Shown in pieces: positions 13,897 to 26,332 of a DNA stretch of 64,000 nucleotides (position 1 is its first letter; each line of letters begins with the position of its first letter). The stretch is from NCBI GenBank assembly GCA_964106915.2, contig OZ066924.1; one strand, 5' to 3'. The notes below the pieces were generated by a model. That model was not told the DNA's origin. It made no database searches and saw only the letters and a list, made by a program, of their open reading frames with translations. Position numbers and translations under genes: made by a program. The DNA is from Podarcis gaigeae. Taxonomy: Eukaryota.

Positions 13897-13943
13897 TCAT
13901 AGAATTATAGAATTGGCAAGGATCCCGAGGGTAATCTAGTCCA
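13897..13943 (-). mobile_element. CR1-type 3' tail fragment
   Basis: TCATAGAATTATAGAATTGGCAAGGATCCCGAGGGTAATCTAGTCCA is the reverse complement of the CR1 tail seen elsewhere in the window. Confidence 0.65.
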
Positions 13944-15480
13944 GAGTTCTGGATGTGGAAAGTGTAAAGGAAGTACAGAGTTCTGTACATTGGAAAGCTC
14001 TGAGATCTCTGTGATGAGTGCTTTTAAAAAAGAAAAGAAAATCCAGCTTCCTGCCTACTCAACGTCAGTGCCAGAATACATTTTGCTGATTTTTATTAGA
14101 CATTTTGTACTTAATAAAAAATGCATCTATATTAGCAATAAGAAATACTGGAGTCAGGCGCTGTGTATATTACAGAGAAACTGTGTTTCAAACTTGCTTA
14201 CATCCCTTTATATTTTTTTAAAACTTAGGTTTCAGAATACAAAATCCTATGTGAGAAGCAGCTCTCTCACTGTGAATCTGGTTCCATTTCTCCACAGCCC
14301 TTGTGACTTAAAAACACACACAAATTAGTTGGGTCAAAACTTGAGTCCCCTTTGTGCTTTGTTGGAAATCTCTAAATCTGTACTCTTGGACGAATGTTTT
14401 TGTCATTGTGGTTTTCTATTACCCCATGGGTTAGATACTGTACTTGTGTCGGAAATTCAGTTTACTCTTGTGCCTGTGGTGAGTGCGGATATTTTGTTTC
14501 ATATGCATGTTGTAGAAAGCACCATTTTTTGTTGGCAAGAGTGGTTTCCAACAAACTGTCACATATGATGCTGTGAATGCTGAGTGCACAGGATTGATAG
14601 GATGCCTGGGAGTTTGGGCTTCGGTGAAGTAGCTTTTGATGAAGATTTGATGCAAACAATGATTTGTGACCTGGTAGCTTTGATTCGGCTCGGGCTGTAT
14701 CAGATGCTTGTGGAGTCAGAAACAAAGTGAGGAAGTTCAGAGTGGAAGCCAGCAGGGGGTGCCATTGCTAGTTAAAGCCAGGTATTGTATGAATATAATA
14801 CCATGAAAGAACAAGAAACCTCTTACAGTCAATTTGTACTCGTCTACCCTTTTTTGTTAGATCAAACAGCTGCTGGTGAAACATTTTCAGTTACGCTTTC
14901 CATCTCCAAAAGAAGCAGGTACAGCCCTATTGTTTAATAATCTGTGGCTGTGCAGCAATCGGTGGAGAATGCAGCCCAAATGTGGCAACGCCAGTCAGTC
15001 ATCTCTCTTTAAAATCCCTTTCAGTGCAGTTCTTTTTGTGACAGCCTCTCCCACAGAGGTTTCCCTTCTAGATGTTCCAGAGATGGGCAGAAAAGGAAAA
15101 AAAAATATTCTTCAGGGATCCAGAACAAGTTACCAGATGGGAGTATATCCGTTACATTATGTAGCTGCAAAAGAATGTCAGATCTTTCATCCCTTGGGAA
15201 TAAGGTAAACCTCTTACACTGTACGGGAGGAATGCTCTGAGTCCTCTCTCTATGCTTGAGCTCCACACTATCTCCCTGTGGATGTGAGGTTACGAAAGGT
15301 GTTAGCAATTTGATCAGGAAAGTTCCACTGAATGATTACTCAAGCTTATTTTTGTAGCCTGGGGGATACTGTCTGGTTTATACGCTATTTGTTTAGGTAG
15401 CAGATAACTTGACCATTTTTTTTTAAACCATCAAAATGAACAAAGCCTTCTTTCATTCCATTTCTCAGAGACTATGCACT

Positions 15481-15526
15481 CTTCTTCTTCTTCTTCTTCT
15501 TCTTCTTCTTCTTCTTCTTCTTCTTC
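15481..15526. repeat. (CTT)n microsatellite
   Basis: Directly visible; it explains the poly-K ORF 15472-15729. Confidence 0.95.
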
Positions 15527-16848
15527 CTTCTTCCTTTTGGTAAATGATGTGGGTGTGGGAGGAAATGTTTTACTCTACCAAGACAGCAAGTTATCAGCAC
15601 AGTGAAAAGTTCACTGGTTATGTGATCAGAGCTTGAAATCACAGTGAGGATTATCAGCAAGAGCCTTGGCTTGAAAGCTTGACCCAGTGAGTTCCAGTGC
15701 TCTTTGCCCCTTTGCTGGATTAAGAGCAAAGTGAAGGTTGCAGAATTTCACACTCTTGCAGATGTAAACAGAAGCAACTCTGCAGGCTGTAGGTTTTTTT
15801 TTAATGGAACTTCATGCAGAACTCAACTTGCCATTACATGGCAGCAGCGTTTGGTAAGAGCTGCTGCTGCTGCTTTCTTAATTTCTCCTCCTTGGGTGAT
15901 TACAGAGGTCCAAGAAGGAAATTTGTGGAGAGCTGCATGCAGAAAGAGAAGAGAATTTATTGAATTATTCCTCACACACATCTGTGGAACACTTACACAG
16001 ACTTTTAATTGTAGACATATGGTTTGTCAATAGCTTGCTGTTGAAAAAAAATAGTTTGCCACTGTTTATTATGTTTGGATTAATATGTTTATTACACATA
16101 CTTTTGTGAATTCTGCTGCTTTTGCAATAGACACAAAACAGAGCCTAACCTCAAAAGAGTTCCTCATTTTCCTACTCCTGTTGAATTAAATTATTGCATT
16201 TGTACTATTTTAATACTGCTTTTAATGTACTGATAAAATGCATAAATTTGGAAAGCCTAATTATTTTAATATTGCCTTGAGTCAAGGAAAAAGGAAGCTG
16301 TCTTAATACCAGGTCAGGCCAGTGGCTCAACTTTCTCAGTACTGTTGATGCTGATCGGCAAGAGACTTTTCTAGTCATACCTGGAGAAAGCAGGGTTAAA
16401 CCTGGGATCTTTTTGCATGCCACTATTTTCATTTCCCTATTTGAGCACAGCCAAGGGATGACTTTTAATGGATCAGAAACAAGTAAATGTTTCCTTGTAA
16501 TACAGCCAACAAAAGAAACCACAAGCCCTGATTTCTATGCAGCACTAAACCTTGGGACTTGGTTTTGTTTCTTCTGCATGCTAGTGGGGAAGAGCAAAGT
16601 GTGCAAGTTGGCCCATTCAAATTATACTACTAACTTGCTTACTGTGACAGCCATAGTGAATTGCCAGCCTTTTAAGGAAGTGAAAAGCATACAGCATCTC
16701 TGTAAACTGAGAGGTCACCTTATTGCAAGAAGTACATTTTGCAGCCCTGTTTTGTGTCCATTTTAAACACCACAGTTTAGCAGCCTAAACTGTGGTGGTA
16801 CCTGAACTTCCTCACTTTGTTTCTGACTCCACAAGCATCTGATACATA

Positions 16849-17085
16849 CAGTGGTACCTCGGGCTACAGACGCGTCAGGTTACAGACTCCACTAACCCAG
16901 AAGTAGTACCTCGGGTTAAGAACTTTGCTTCAGGATGAGAACAGAAATTGTGCGGCGGCGGCACGGCGCGGCGGTAGCAGCAGTGGGAGGCCCCATTAGC
17001 TAAAGTGGTACCTCAGGTTAAGAACAGTTTCAGGTTAAGAATGGACCTCCAGAACGAATTAAGTTCTTAACCTGATGTACCACTG
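16849..17085 (+). mobile_element. Tc1/mariner (Tigger-like) MITE
   Basis: TA|CAGTGGTACC...GTACCACTG|TA: terminal inverted repeats (TIRs) with TA TSD. Confidence 0.9.
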
Positions 17086-17334
17086 TATTCAGTGAGTAAA
17101 TCTGTAAATTTAATAAATCTGTAAATTTAATAAAATAACCCATTTCCGTACCATTCATCTGCCTTAAAAAAACAATAATACTAATGCAGTTTTGCTACTG
17201 CAGCAGCAGCAAAAATAGATAACTTTGGTATTACAGACCATCAGCAATTAAATACTCTTTCTGTTGGTAGAATTCTAGAATCTATTGTTTTACAGTTTGG
17301 GCTAAGTGCTTTATTCTAATGCTTTTGTATATAA

Positions 17335-17463
17335 CAGCTCTGGGGAACCTGTGGCTGTCCAGGTTTTAAAATAAAATCCCCATCATTCCTGAGCTTTGCT
17401 GCCTGGAGCTGATGAGAGTTGTAGTTTAACAGGATATTGAGAACCACAGATCACCTATCCCTA
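17335..17463. mobile_element. Palindromic hAT MITE, degraded
   Basis: GGGGAACCTGTGG...CCCATCATTCCTG...GCTGATGAGAGTTGTAGT...CCACAG; 8-bp TSD GTATATAA/GTATATAG at 17327-17334 and 17464-17471. Confidence 0.75.
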
Positions 17464-17861
17464 GTATATAGGACAGCTGTTTAAAGAGCACTTTCTTCAG
17501 GGCCCAGCTTTTGCAGATTCAAAACCTACAGGATGTGTAACATTTTTGCTAGGGCAGTAACTGAAATAAAAAATGTTGGAGAGAAGATTAGATTTAATCT
17601 TGGACTTTCTGTGATCTTGGTTTATCGGGGGCAAACAAGTTCATTACAGAATTGCTCACAACTGTTTATTCATAGCCACAGATTATATATACTGACGCAT
17701 AATAATTCAGTTAATATTTTTAATGCATAAATAACAATAATTAAAGCAAGGAAGGAGGTAGGAACTATAATAAGTAATATTATTTTTAACAGCTTTCCCC
17801 CCTTTAATATTGCTTTGCCAATAGTCTGCTTGGCTTATTGTAAGTAATGCAAGTCATTATA

Positions 17862-18106
17862 TAATGGTACCTCTGGTTACGTATTTAATTCATTCCGGAG
17901 GTCCGTTCTTAACCTGAAACTATTCTTAACCTGAAGCACCACTTTAGCTTATGGGGCCTCCTGCTGCTGCTGCACTGCCGCCGGAGTACGATTTCTGTTC
18001 TCATCCTGAAGCAAAGTTCCTAAACCGAGGTACTATTTATGGGTTAGCGGAGTCTGTAACCTGAAGCATATGTACCCTGAAGCGTATGTAACCCGAGGTA
18101 GCACTG
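17862..18106 (-). mobile_element. Tigger-like MITE, inverted copy of 16849-17085
   Basis: Internal sequence is the reverse complement of the first copy; ends GAGGTAGCACTG|TA. Confidence 0.9.
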
Positions 18107-18408
18107 TATATTCTTCGGTGATATATTTAGGGGAAATTTAAAAAAATAACAAACCAGCTCACATCAAAGTGACTTACTCTGTATATTGCAACAGTGTGGA
18201 AGCAGATTGCCTGACCTCCATTAGGGTGCCATGGCATTGCCTCACACAGTTCAGTCGATGAAAGTTGGTAGATCACAGTGAATCCAAATAACTTGGGCTA
18301 TTGTTGCATCTGGGATATTCCCATGACATGTTCCACAACAGCATCCTAGGCCTATGAAAGACTTTCAGAAGACAATTGGTAAGGGGTATGTATGCTTATT
18401 TGCCTAGG

Positions 18409-18772
18409 TAAAGGTAAAGGTACCCCTGCCCGTACGGACCAGTCTTGACAGACTCTAGGGTTGTGTGCTCATCTCACTCTAGAGGCCGGGAGCCAGCGCC
18501 GGCCGCAGACACTTCCGGGTTACATGGCCAGTGTGACATCGCTGCTCTGCGAGCCTGCACCAGCGCAGCACACGGAACGCCGTTTACCTTCCCGCTATAA
18601 AGCGGTACCTATTTATCTACTTGCACTTTTAAGGGTGCTTTCGAACTGCTAGGTGGGCAGGAGCTGGGACCGAAGGACGGGAGCTCACCCCGCCGCGGGG
18701 ATTTGAACCGCCAACCATATGATCAGCAAGTCCTAGGCACTGTGGTTTTACCCACAGCACCACCCGCGTCCC
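18409..18772 (-). mobile_element. Sauria SINE (Squam1), full length
   Basis: (ACCTTT)n tail and tRNA-like head GGGACGCGGGTGGTGCTGTGGG on the minus strand; 13-bp TSD TTATTTGCCTAGG at 18396-18408 and 18773-18785. Confidence 0.95.
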
Positions 18773-20139
18773 TTATTTGCCTAGGCCTGGCCTATTTCAT
18801 AAGTAAGCCTTGCCCATTTTGTGTGCTGTGAACATGACATGCTGAGCTCTTCATTGGAGTAAAAGTTTCTCTGTACATCCCCATTTAAGGTTTGATTGTT
18901 CTGCTGTATGTTTTTAAAATAGTTCCACGTGATAATGCAGCTAGTTATTTATGTGTTTTAGTAATAATGAATGATTAAAAAATAAAGTAGGTGCCTCTTT
19001 TTAGTAATAGTGTTAAAAAAAAATAGGTCCCTCTTTTTTATTTCCTGTGTTTCCTGATTTTTCCCATAAGCTAGAAATTGCTCTGAAAACCCCCTGTTCT
19101 CCTTTAGATCTAAATGTCTCTAGCATAAATTGCTTGTAGATGGAGTTGAAACCAGTCTATTTCCATTGTCTGAATAGAAATAGGCACATGAATGCCACAA
19201 ATTAATCAAATCCACAGCAAGAATAGAAAGCTCGCACCCACTTACACGTCTCTGAGAGCAGCTTTGAATTTGAAGGAAAGAACCTATCAAACGTACTTGA
19301 AAAATGGTGAGTTTATGAAGGCAAGTGAATTGAACGGCTTGACTGGACCGGTATGCCACCATGTGTCTGGGAATGGAAGGATAGCTGTGTGGGTAGAAGA
19401 CAAACAGTCTGTGAGATTTTCTCCTGAATGATCTCATTTAATTGATTGATTTCTACTAAGGTCATAAATGAGCTCCTTGCTGAGTCAGGGTTGGAGGTCA
19501 AAGTGTTGTGCCAGCTGCCTAGCTAGCCAGAAAACAATAGCAGCTTCCTTCTGTATGTAAAAAAGAAGCATTCCAGTGCAATGTTTCATTAGACTTCAGC
19601 GTAACCTTTCTTTTTACATGCCTCGGGATTCTCTTCAATAGAAATTATACAGTGTCACTTATAATTAACCTCTCCCTATCCATTTGCACATGAGAGTTTC
19701 TAAAAATTGTCTGTGAATATTTCACAGCAATCACTTCCAGCATTTCGTTCCCTCTTTATCTTTTGCTAGTGCATCACTCCTCATTTATTCTTGGAGCTCT
19801 GAAAGAAACAAGATGTGTAATAGCCAAAGCAAGACATAGCATTCCTCTTGGCTGCATTGTTTTGCTTGAAGTGTTGATGGTGGTTAACATACACAAACTA
19901 TTTCAAACTTTCAGCCCAGCTCATGGCTTTAGTAGATTTGAGCATGCAGTTTGCATATAAAGCGAAAGCAGGATATATAATCAAATAAGACAGCACATGT
20001 GTAAAATTTCTGTCTCTCAGTGGCCCAAATGACTATTTTTAAATGGATGGACAAGCCTGCTTACTTGGGGGCTATAGTAAATGAAACTCGAGATCAGATT
20101 TTTGGGGAGAGGAAATGGAAGTTCGATTTAGGATACAAT

Positions 20140-20440
20140 CCCATTCTTTACCGGGAAGAAAAGCCTTGTGTGGTGCCCTGGTCATCTGAGGTGAGGTTGA
20201 AGGCTACGAGATCAGCTTTGGTGGTAGGACCACAGTTCTAGAATGCTCTTTCCAATGTGGTTTGTCTGACGCCTACTTTATTGTGCTTTTGGTGCCAATG
20301 AAAACATTTTTATTTTCCAGAGCTTTTTAGATGCAACGTTAATGTTGCTTTTCTTGTTATGTGGAATTTTTTTGGTATTATGCATTACGTTGTTTTTGTA
20401 AACTGTCCTGGAAGTATAATATAAAAGTATTTAGAATAAG
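20140..20440 (+). mobile_element. Old L2 3' fragment
   Basis: GCTTTGGTGGTAGGACCACAGTTCTAGAATGCTCT resembles the L2 AFSVVAPxLWNAL region, followed by a T-rich UTR; heavily decayed. Confidence 0.55.
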
Positions 20441-22187
20441 TTAATAGATAGCATCCTGCTTACTGACCTGTTACAATATATCCTATGCAGACTTTGCAAC
20501 TATGTCTTGGGGCTGCTGATACACTGCTATTGGCCTCAAAATCTGCTGGAACAGCTTTGCCTTCTAACCTCAAGCTCCAAGTCATGTCAAAGGTCATATT
20601 GCAACAAACCCAAGAGGGTAAACCACAAAGCAAGGAGTGTACAGTTTCTCAAAGACGTGACCTTCTTCTGTTTGGGCTCCTGGAGACTCTGATATAATGA
20701 TGGAGCTTAACAGCTTGTAAAAGCACAAACAGCTTGGGGTTAGCTATGTTAAACAAATGGCTGGCTCACATTACTTTGTCCCGATCATATTTATAACTTG
20801 ATATCCAAGAGAGAACTGGGGTGGAGAGTGTTGGGGAAGGGTTCATGAACATATAAGAGCTTCTGCAGGAACAGTTAGAAGATCATTACTCTTGAAATGT
20901 TTAGAATAAAGTCTAGTTATTGTGCCTGAACAGATTCATAGGGGCATAGAAAACTAATGTGTCAGAATTAAAAAAGCAACTCAAAATGGACCTACTGATC
21001 CCCTGAAAATTGTTAACTTTCTTAATTCAACCCTTAATAGAAGCTTACCTGGTGTTAAAAGCACATACCTCAACTTACTAGCTTTTTGTATGCAGAAAGC
21101 TCTTTGAATTTTTTTAAAAAGCCCCTGACTTATGAGGAAGCCTTGTCCTAGATCTTTTTATTTTGTACCCACAGGTTCCACATATGAGGAGGGTTAATTT
21201 ATTTGCTTGTCACCTACTACCTGAACTTAATAACTATCTTCTGAAGTGTCTATAGATTAGTCAGTGTTCCTAAATAGGACCAGATCTCACTCAGTCATTA
21301 ATGTTCACTCCATTTCATTTGCTACAACTGCCAGTGAACAGGTGTGGTCTTGGTTTGAACCCAAGGAGGAAATCAGTAATTTTAAATGAGCAGAAATATT
21401 GTGTTAAAAGCCTTCAGTTTCTAATATATGTGATAATGTTTGAATAAGTTAGTTTTATAAAGTGGCTTCAGACCTAGAATTTATAGATAGGTTTCTGTAT
21501 CAGCATTTATACAATTGTGTGTTTTTTTAAGAAAAACTTTGGTGTGTTTCCATGGTATTAGTTATTTTCTAATTCTTTCAATAAGTTGCTTTTTCTGTTT
21601 TTAGCTGAATTATTTGGAAAGTGGGAGGTTGTGTGGGAGAGCTTGGTGGTGACTAAGGGTCAGGTATGGTGATGCATGTTTTTCGTTGTGTGTGTTAAAT
21701 TATTTCCGAGTATACTTCTGTTGCAAAAAGGCAATGTGTTGAGAGACTTCTGGAACATGTATCCAAAGGAAATACAGTCAGTCTTCATTTTGAAAAATAA
21801 CAATGATAGATCATGTTTGAGATTGTGAGAGAGATTGCCAACGTTTATGATGATATTTTGTTTTTACAGACATTTGGCATACTGTATCTCCTGTTCTTTA
21901 TGTGGGAACAAAACATGAAACCTTGACCCCTCTCTGTCCTGCCTTAGTTCCACCTATAAAATGCTTATATGGCAAAGTTCTTTTGAAATCTTATTTCTCA
22001 GTACAAAATAATAGTTGGAAAAACAGCAGGCACATATTGATGCCTTAGATCAACATGATAATTTCTATTGGTCATCTTCTAATAGTTTCATTGTCTGAAT
22101 TTACCAAGATTTATTAGATAATAAGTTTGTAATAAATATACAGTCACGGTACTTGTACCTATTAATTGCTTTTGCATAGTATTAGAA

Positions 22188-22420
22188 CAGGGGTCAGCAA
22201 ACTTTTTCAGCAGGGGGTCAGTTCACTGTCCCTCAGACCTTGTGGGGGGCCAGACTATATTTTGGAAAAAAATATGAACAAATTCCTATGCCCCACAAAT
22301 AACCCAGAGATGCATTTTAAATAAAAACACACATTCTACTCATGTAAAAACACACTGATTCCCAGACTGTCTGCAGGCCAGATTTAGAAGGTGATAGGGC
22401 CGGATCTGGCCCTACCCATG
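22188..22420 (+). mobile_element. hAT (Charlie-like) MITE
   Basis: CAGGGGTCAGCAAAC...CCTACCCATG; perfect 8-bp TSD TATTAGAA at 22180-22187 and 22421-22428. Confidence 0.9.
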
Positions 22421-22573
22421 TATTAGAATAACATATTAATACACACACACACAAACTGCACTTACAACAAGGATAGTTCCAGTTACAGATAGGTAGCCGT
22501 GTTGGTCTGCCATAGTCAAAACAAAAAAAATTCCTTCCAGTAGCACCTTAAAGACCAACTAAGTCAGTTCTTG

Positions 22574-22611
22574 GTATGAGCTTTCGTGTGCATGCACACT
22601 TCTTCAGATAC
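22574..22611 (-). ncRNA. Minimal type I hammerhead ribozyme motif (inverted pseudo-LTR copy)
   Basis: Exact reverse complement of 23450-23487. Confidence 0.8.
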
Positions 22612-22672
22612 ACTGAAACAGAAGTTTCCAGACCCTTCTATATAGTGAGAAGGTGGGGAGGGGTATTACTCA

Positions 22673-23269
22673 GTACAATGCATCATCAGAGATCTACAAC
22701 CTCTCCTGGACAATGACAGTTCTCTTTCTCAAGCTCTGGGAGGAAGACCTTTCATTGCCTACAGACAGCCACCCAGTCTTAAACAACTCCTAACCCACAA
22801 TAATACTACAACCAGACCTAACACGGACACTGGCACCAGAGCCTGCAGTAAACCCAGATGCCAACTTTGCTGCCACATACACCCGGACAACACCATTACT
22901 GGCCCCAACAACATCACACATACCATCTCGGGACTATTTAATTGCTCATCGTCTAACATTGTGTATGCCATCAAATGCCAACAGTGTCCTTCAGCTCTCT
23001 ATATTGGACAAACAGGCCAGACCTTACGCCAAAGAATAAACGGACATAAATCGGACATCAGGAATCACAAGACAGAGAAACCAGTAGGAGAACACTTCAA
23101 TCTCCCAGGACATTCTATACAAGATCTCAAAGTAGCTGCTTTACTACAAAGGAATTTCAGAAATAGACTGGAAAGAGAAGCTGCTGAATTACAACTTATC
23201 ACCAAACTTAAAACCATGGAGAAACCTGGCCTGAACAAAGACCTTGGATTCTTATCTCATTATACATGA
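22673..23269 (+). CDS. Penelope ORF 3' part: Cys-rich linker plus GIY-YIG endonuclease (no start codon, 5'-truncated)
   Basis: Uninterrupted frame VQCIIRDLQP...AYRQPPSLKQLL...CSKPRCQLCCH...FNCSSSNIVYAIKCQQCPSALYIGQTGQTLRQRINGH...PVGEHF...LEREAAELQLITKLKT..PGLNKD. Confidence 0.85.
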   Translation, partial: VQCIIRDLQPLLDNDSSLSQALGGRPFIAYRQPPSLKQLLTHNNTTTRPNTDTGTRACSKPRCQLCCHIHPDNTITGPNNITHTISGLFNCSSSNIVYAIKCQQCPSALYIGQTGQTLRQRINGHKSDIRNHKTEKPVGEHFNLPGHSIQDLKVAALLQRNFRNRLEREAAELQLITKLKTMEKPGLNKDLGFLSHYT

Positions 23270-23449
23270 CAAAGCCATTTTTCACCTTTTCACCCCTTGC
23301 TTCTTCCTGTAAGACCTATTGCAGTCGTTAAGAGTCGTCAACAGGCTCATCACAGCTATCTGCCAATCACCCATTCCCACCAGCCTCCTGAGTAATACCC
23401 CTCCCCACCTTCTCACTATATAGAAGGGTCTGGAAACTTCTGTTTCAGT

Positions 23450-23487
23450 GTATCTGAAGAAGTGTGCATGCACACGAAAGCTCATAC
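23450..23487 (+). ncRNA. Minimal type I hammerhead ribozyme motif in the Penelope pseudo-LTR
   Basis: GUAU-CUGAAGA-A-GUGUG(CAUG)CACAC-GAAA-GC-UC-AUAC: stem I GUAU/AUAC, stem II, intact core, and palindromic AGCU in place of stem III. Predicted cleavage after C23483. Confidence 0.8.
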
Positions 23488-24948
23488 CAAGAACTGACTT
23501 AGTTGGTCTTTAAGGTGCTACTGGAAGGAATTTTCTTTGTTTTGAACAAGGATAGTGTAAGTGTTTAGACATACTCGTTTCACATACAAAAGATCTTTGT
23601 GCTCCACATTAATCTTTGGGATTAGAGCTACTGCTTTATTCAAAGGTGCATACTGAAATTAAGTCTTCTTGATTAACTGGGCAATGCTATACATTGACTC
23701 ATGTACACATGTCTACTTAGAAGTAAGTCTCACTGACTGGTATGAGGCTTGCACCACAAGGACCTGAATTCTAGTCTGCCTGAAACACATTTTCCTGAAT
23801 GCAATGATTTGGTAACTGAGTTGCACTGAGCCATGCCCATTATTTTCTTTGTGCTGCAAAGCTGAAGAGTGCCGAACAGCTGCTTGTGGCTGTCAATGCA
23901 GTAAAGAAACTGTTTAGCAGTTAAACAGCAGGTTAGCACTTTAGCAGGAAAAGTGGTGGCTGGCTACTCATCCAACACTTGGCGTATCTGACAGATCCAA
24001 GTGTGTCTTAAGCCTAACTAATAGATGATGCTTGACATAGCAGCTCTATAAATAATTATTGGACTGTGGAAGACACACCCTTTATCCGAATACATTGCAA
24101 GAGGTAGTAATTTATTATGAATATATTGTCTGGATAGATTAGCAGTGCGTAAATTTGTAATAGTACTATAATACTTTAAAAATATTTATTTTTCTTTTTT
24201 TAAAAAAAATAAGACTTTAAAAACAGCTCTGCATTTTTCTCAGCTGGTGATCAGTTAAAATAGCCATTACACTTGGCTGGAAATATGGAGAACAGATTAA
24301 GCTGTTACTACAATATATAGGTTTTCCTTTTGTAACAAGTTGCTAAACACAAGTTATGACCAGTTTCCATAAAAAATTCAGTGCTTCGTCCAAAAAAGGA
24401 TAAAAAGTATATAAAATGCAAAAAACACCTTTTTTTGAAACTCAACTTGATCAAAAACATCACATTAAGATTGCAAGATTAATTTTATTTGCAGAAAAAC
24501 ACATTATTGCTACTTACCATTTTCACCTATAGTGAAAGCAGCTGAAAACTAATGGCAGACGATTCTCTGCTTCAGTGGCTGTACTGTTTTTTTCATATGA
24601 CATCCAACTGGATGATAAGAAAGAGAATAGCTGTCCTAAGGCTTTATCAAGGAAATGTAATGGCGGTGCCTGTTTGACAAGCAAATCAGTCTTGAAATTT
24701 CCAGACAGCTATGAACCAGTGTCAACTAATAAGTCAATGGTATGCTAAGCTTTATAATTAATATATTTTATTTTAACTAACTTGAGGCAATGTAGGAGAC
24801 CTCTGTTTATATTGTCATTTCTGCCGCTTAGATTTGTAATGCTTTTAAAAACGTTGTCCTTATTTCTGAATCATTTAGTTCCTTACCAATAACAAATCTG
24901 CCAGTATAACCATTGCTTCCTTTTTCAAATATGCCTGTGCTGTAAGAT

Positions 24949-25087
24949 TAGGGATTGCAAACCTGTGATCTGCCAGAGGTTGTTGCACTCAAGCTTCTAT
25001 GAGCTGCAGCGAGAATGGCCACTGGTCAAGGATGGGGGGAAGTTGGGTCTCACCACATCTGGAGGTTCACAGGTTAGCCACCTTTGA
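24949..25087. mobile_element. Palindromic hAT MITE, degraded
   Basis: AACCTGTG..CCAGAGGTTGTTG ... CACATCTGGAGG..CACAGGTT self-complementary arms; same family as 17335, 30112 and 49726. Confidence 0.65.
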
Positions 25088-25249
25088 GGTGGATTGAGAC
25101 TACTTACATTAAAAGCCTATTTGAACAATGTTGTGCTTATTCGCATCACACAGACCTTGAACGTCAATTGCAGAAAATTACTATTACAGAAGTCAGGTTC
25201 TTGCCTCTCTCTCTGCTGAACAGTAACAAGAGCCCATGGTGGTCGTAGG

Positions 25250-25495
25250 TATTATGCACTGAAGTTCCCACCCTGGGCCAGCAGGGGGATACTGTAGATA
25301 GTTATGCAAATAAGGGATCGAAAGTGACATTCAGTGATTGGATAGTTTTAGAAAGTTGTTACAATTATGTGTACTGGAGCTCTATATAAGCAGGCTGACT
25401 GAGCTCTTCAGCTCAGTTCTGTTCTGGCCTCTGAATAAACAAGAGCTGTTTGAAGAATCGCTGTGTCGTCTGATATGTTCACTCACAACTTAACA
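25250..25495 (+). mobile_element. Solo LTR (probably Gypsy-type), copy 1
   Basis: TATTAT (decayed TGTTAT)...TTAACA ends; 5-bp TSD GTAGG at 25245-25249 and 25496-25500; TATATAA 25383-25389; AATAAA 25434-25439; homologous to 56755-57018. Confidence 0.88.
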
Positions 25496-26170
25496 GTAGG
25501 CACCCACACTGGGTCTGTGCTCCTTTGGAGAACTGAAGGCGTAGCGCAGATTATAATTGCTTTAAGAAATATGGTTGATTTCCCTATTCACACCTTCTGC
25601 TTATATGGAGGGAGTCTAGATCTTACAGCACAGTCCTTTCAAGAGGGGTTTGTACCCCACAGCAGTGTAGCCCTGGCTCTGGAGGCATCTCTGCAGCCAG
25701 CCTGCCCTAGATGTATCTCAGCTGCTCTTCTTACTCCTCCTTCCTCCCAGCCACCCTTGCTCCCAGAACAGTTAGCCTGGCAACCTTCCAAACCCCCAGT
25801 CTCTGTTCACACCTCGGGGCAAGGGGCAAGGAGTTTTGTTGTATTGTTAACGTACCTCAATTGTTCTCTTGTTCCTCTGTAGGAACAAGAATTCCAATGC
25901 AGCTTGCATTGTCATGTCACAAATAATCAAAATCCTTGCATTTATTAATTTCTAAGGTTTAGGGGGTTCCCCCCTTAAATCTACAACAGTACTGTTCATC
26001 AATAGGCTTTTAATGGCTACAGCATATTTGGTAGCCATTGCAGGGATACTGTAAAATATTTGCGGCAGTAACTGTTCTGTGACCACAACTTACAGAATTT
26101 GCTCAGTATGGCAAACCTTGTCCACGGCTTGAGCTTAGTGTGGAGAGAGTTTAACCACAAGTCTCAGTTT

Positions 26171-26332
26171 GGCTGACATGCTAAGCCAAGGCTTGTCTTG
26201 GCTTAGATTAGTGTGGCATGGGAATAGAAAGGACCAAGGAAGAACAATTCAGTTGCAAGCTCCCTTCTGGGAACTCACATGTTTTCACAATCTTGCCTAA
26301 GGCAAGGTTTGGCTTAGCATGTTGTTGTGAGC
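26171..26332. mobile_element. Old MITE with inverted arms
   Basis: ACATGCTAAGCCAA ... TTGGCTTAGCATGT inverted arms. Confidence 0.5.

Larger units (their letters stand above)
22478..23544 (+). mobile_element. Penelope-like element (Neptune type), 5'-truncated, with an inverted pseudo-LTR
   Basis: 12-bp TSD AACAAGGATAGT at 22466-22477 and 23545-23556; 22516-22673 is the near-perfect reverse complement of 23388-23545; encodes a GIY-YIG endonuclease. Confidence 0.93.

Noticed and set aside
15472-15729. ORF with a poly-lysine tail
   Set aside because: Artefact of the (CTT)n microsatellite.
21605-21663. 59-nt candidate exon (TTTTAG|...CAG|GTATGG)
   Set aside because: Splice-like signals only; not frame-preserving and the peptide is unrecognised, so it is indistinguishable from a pseudo-exon.
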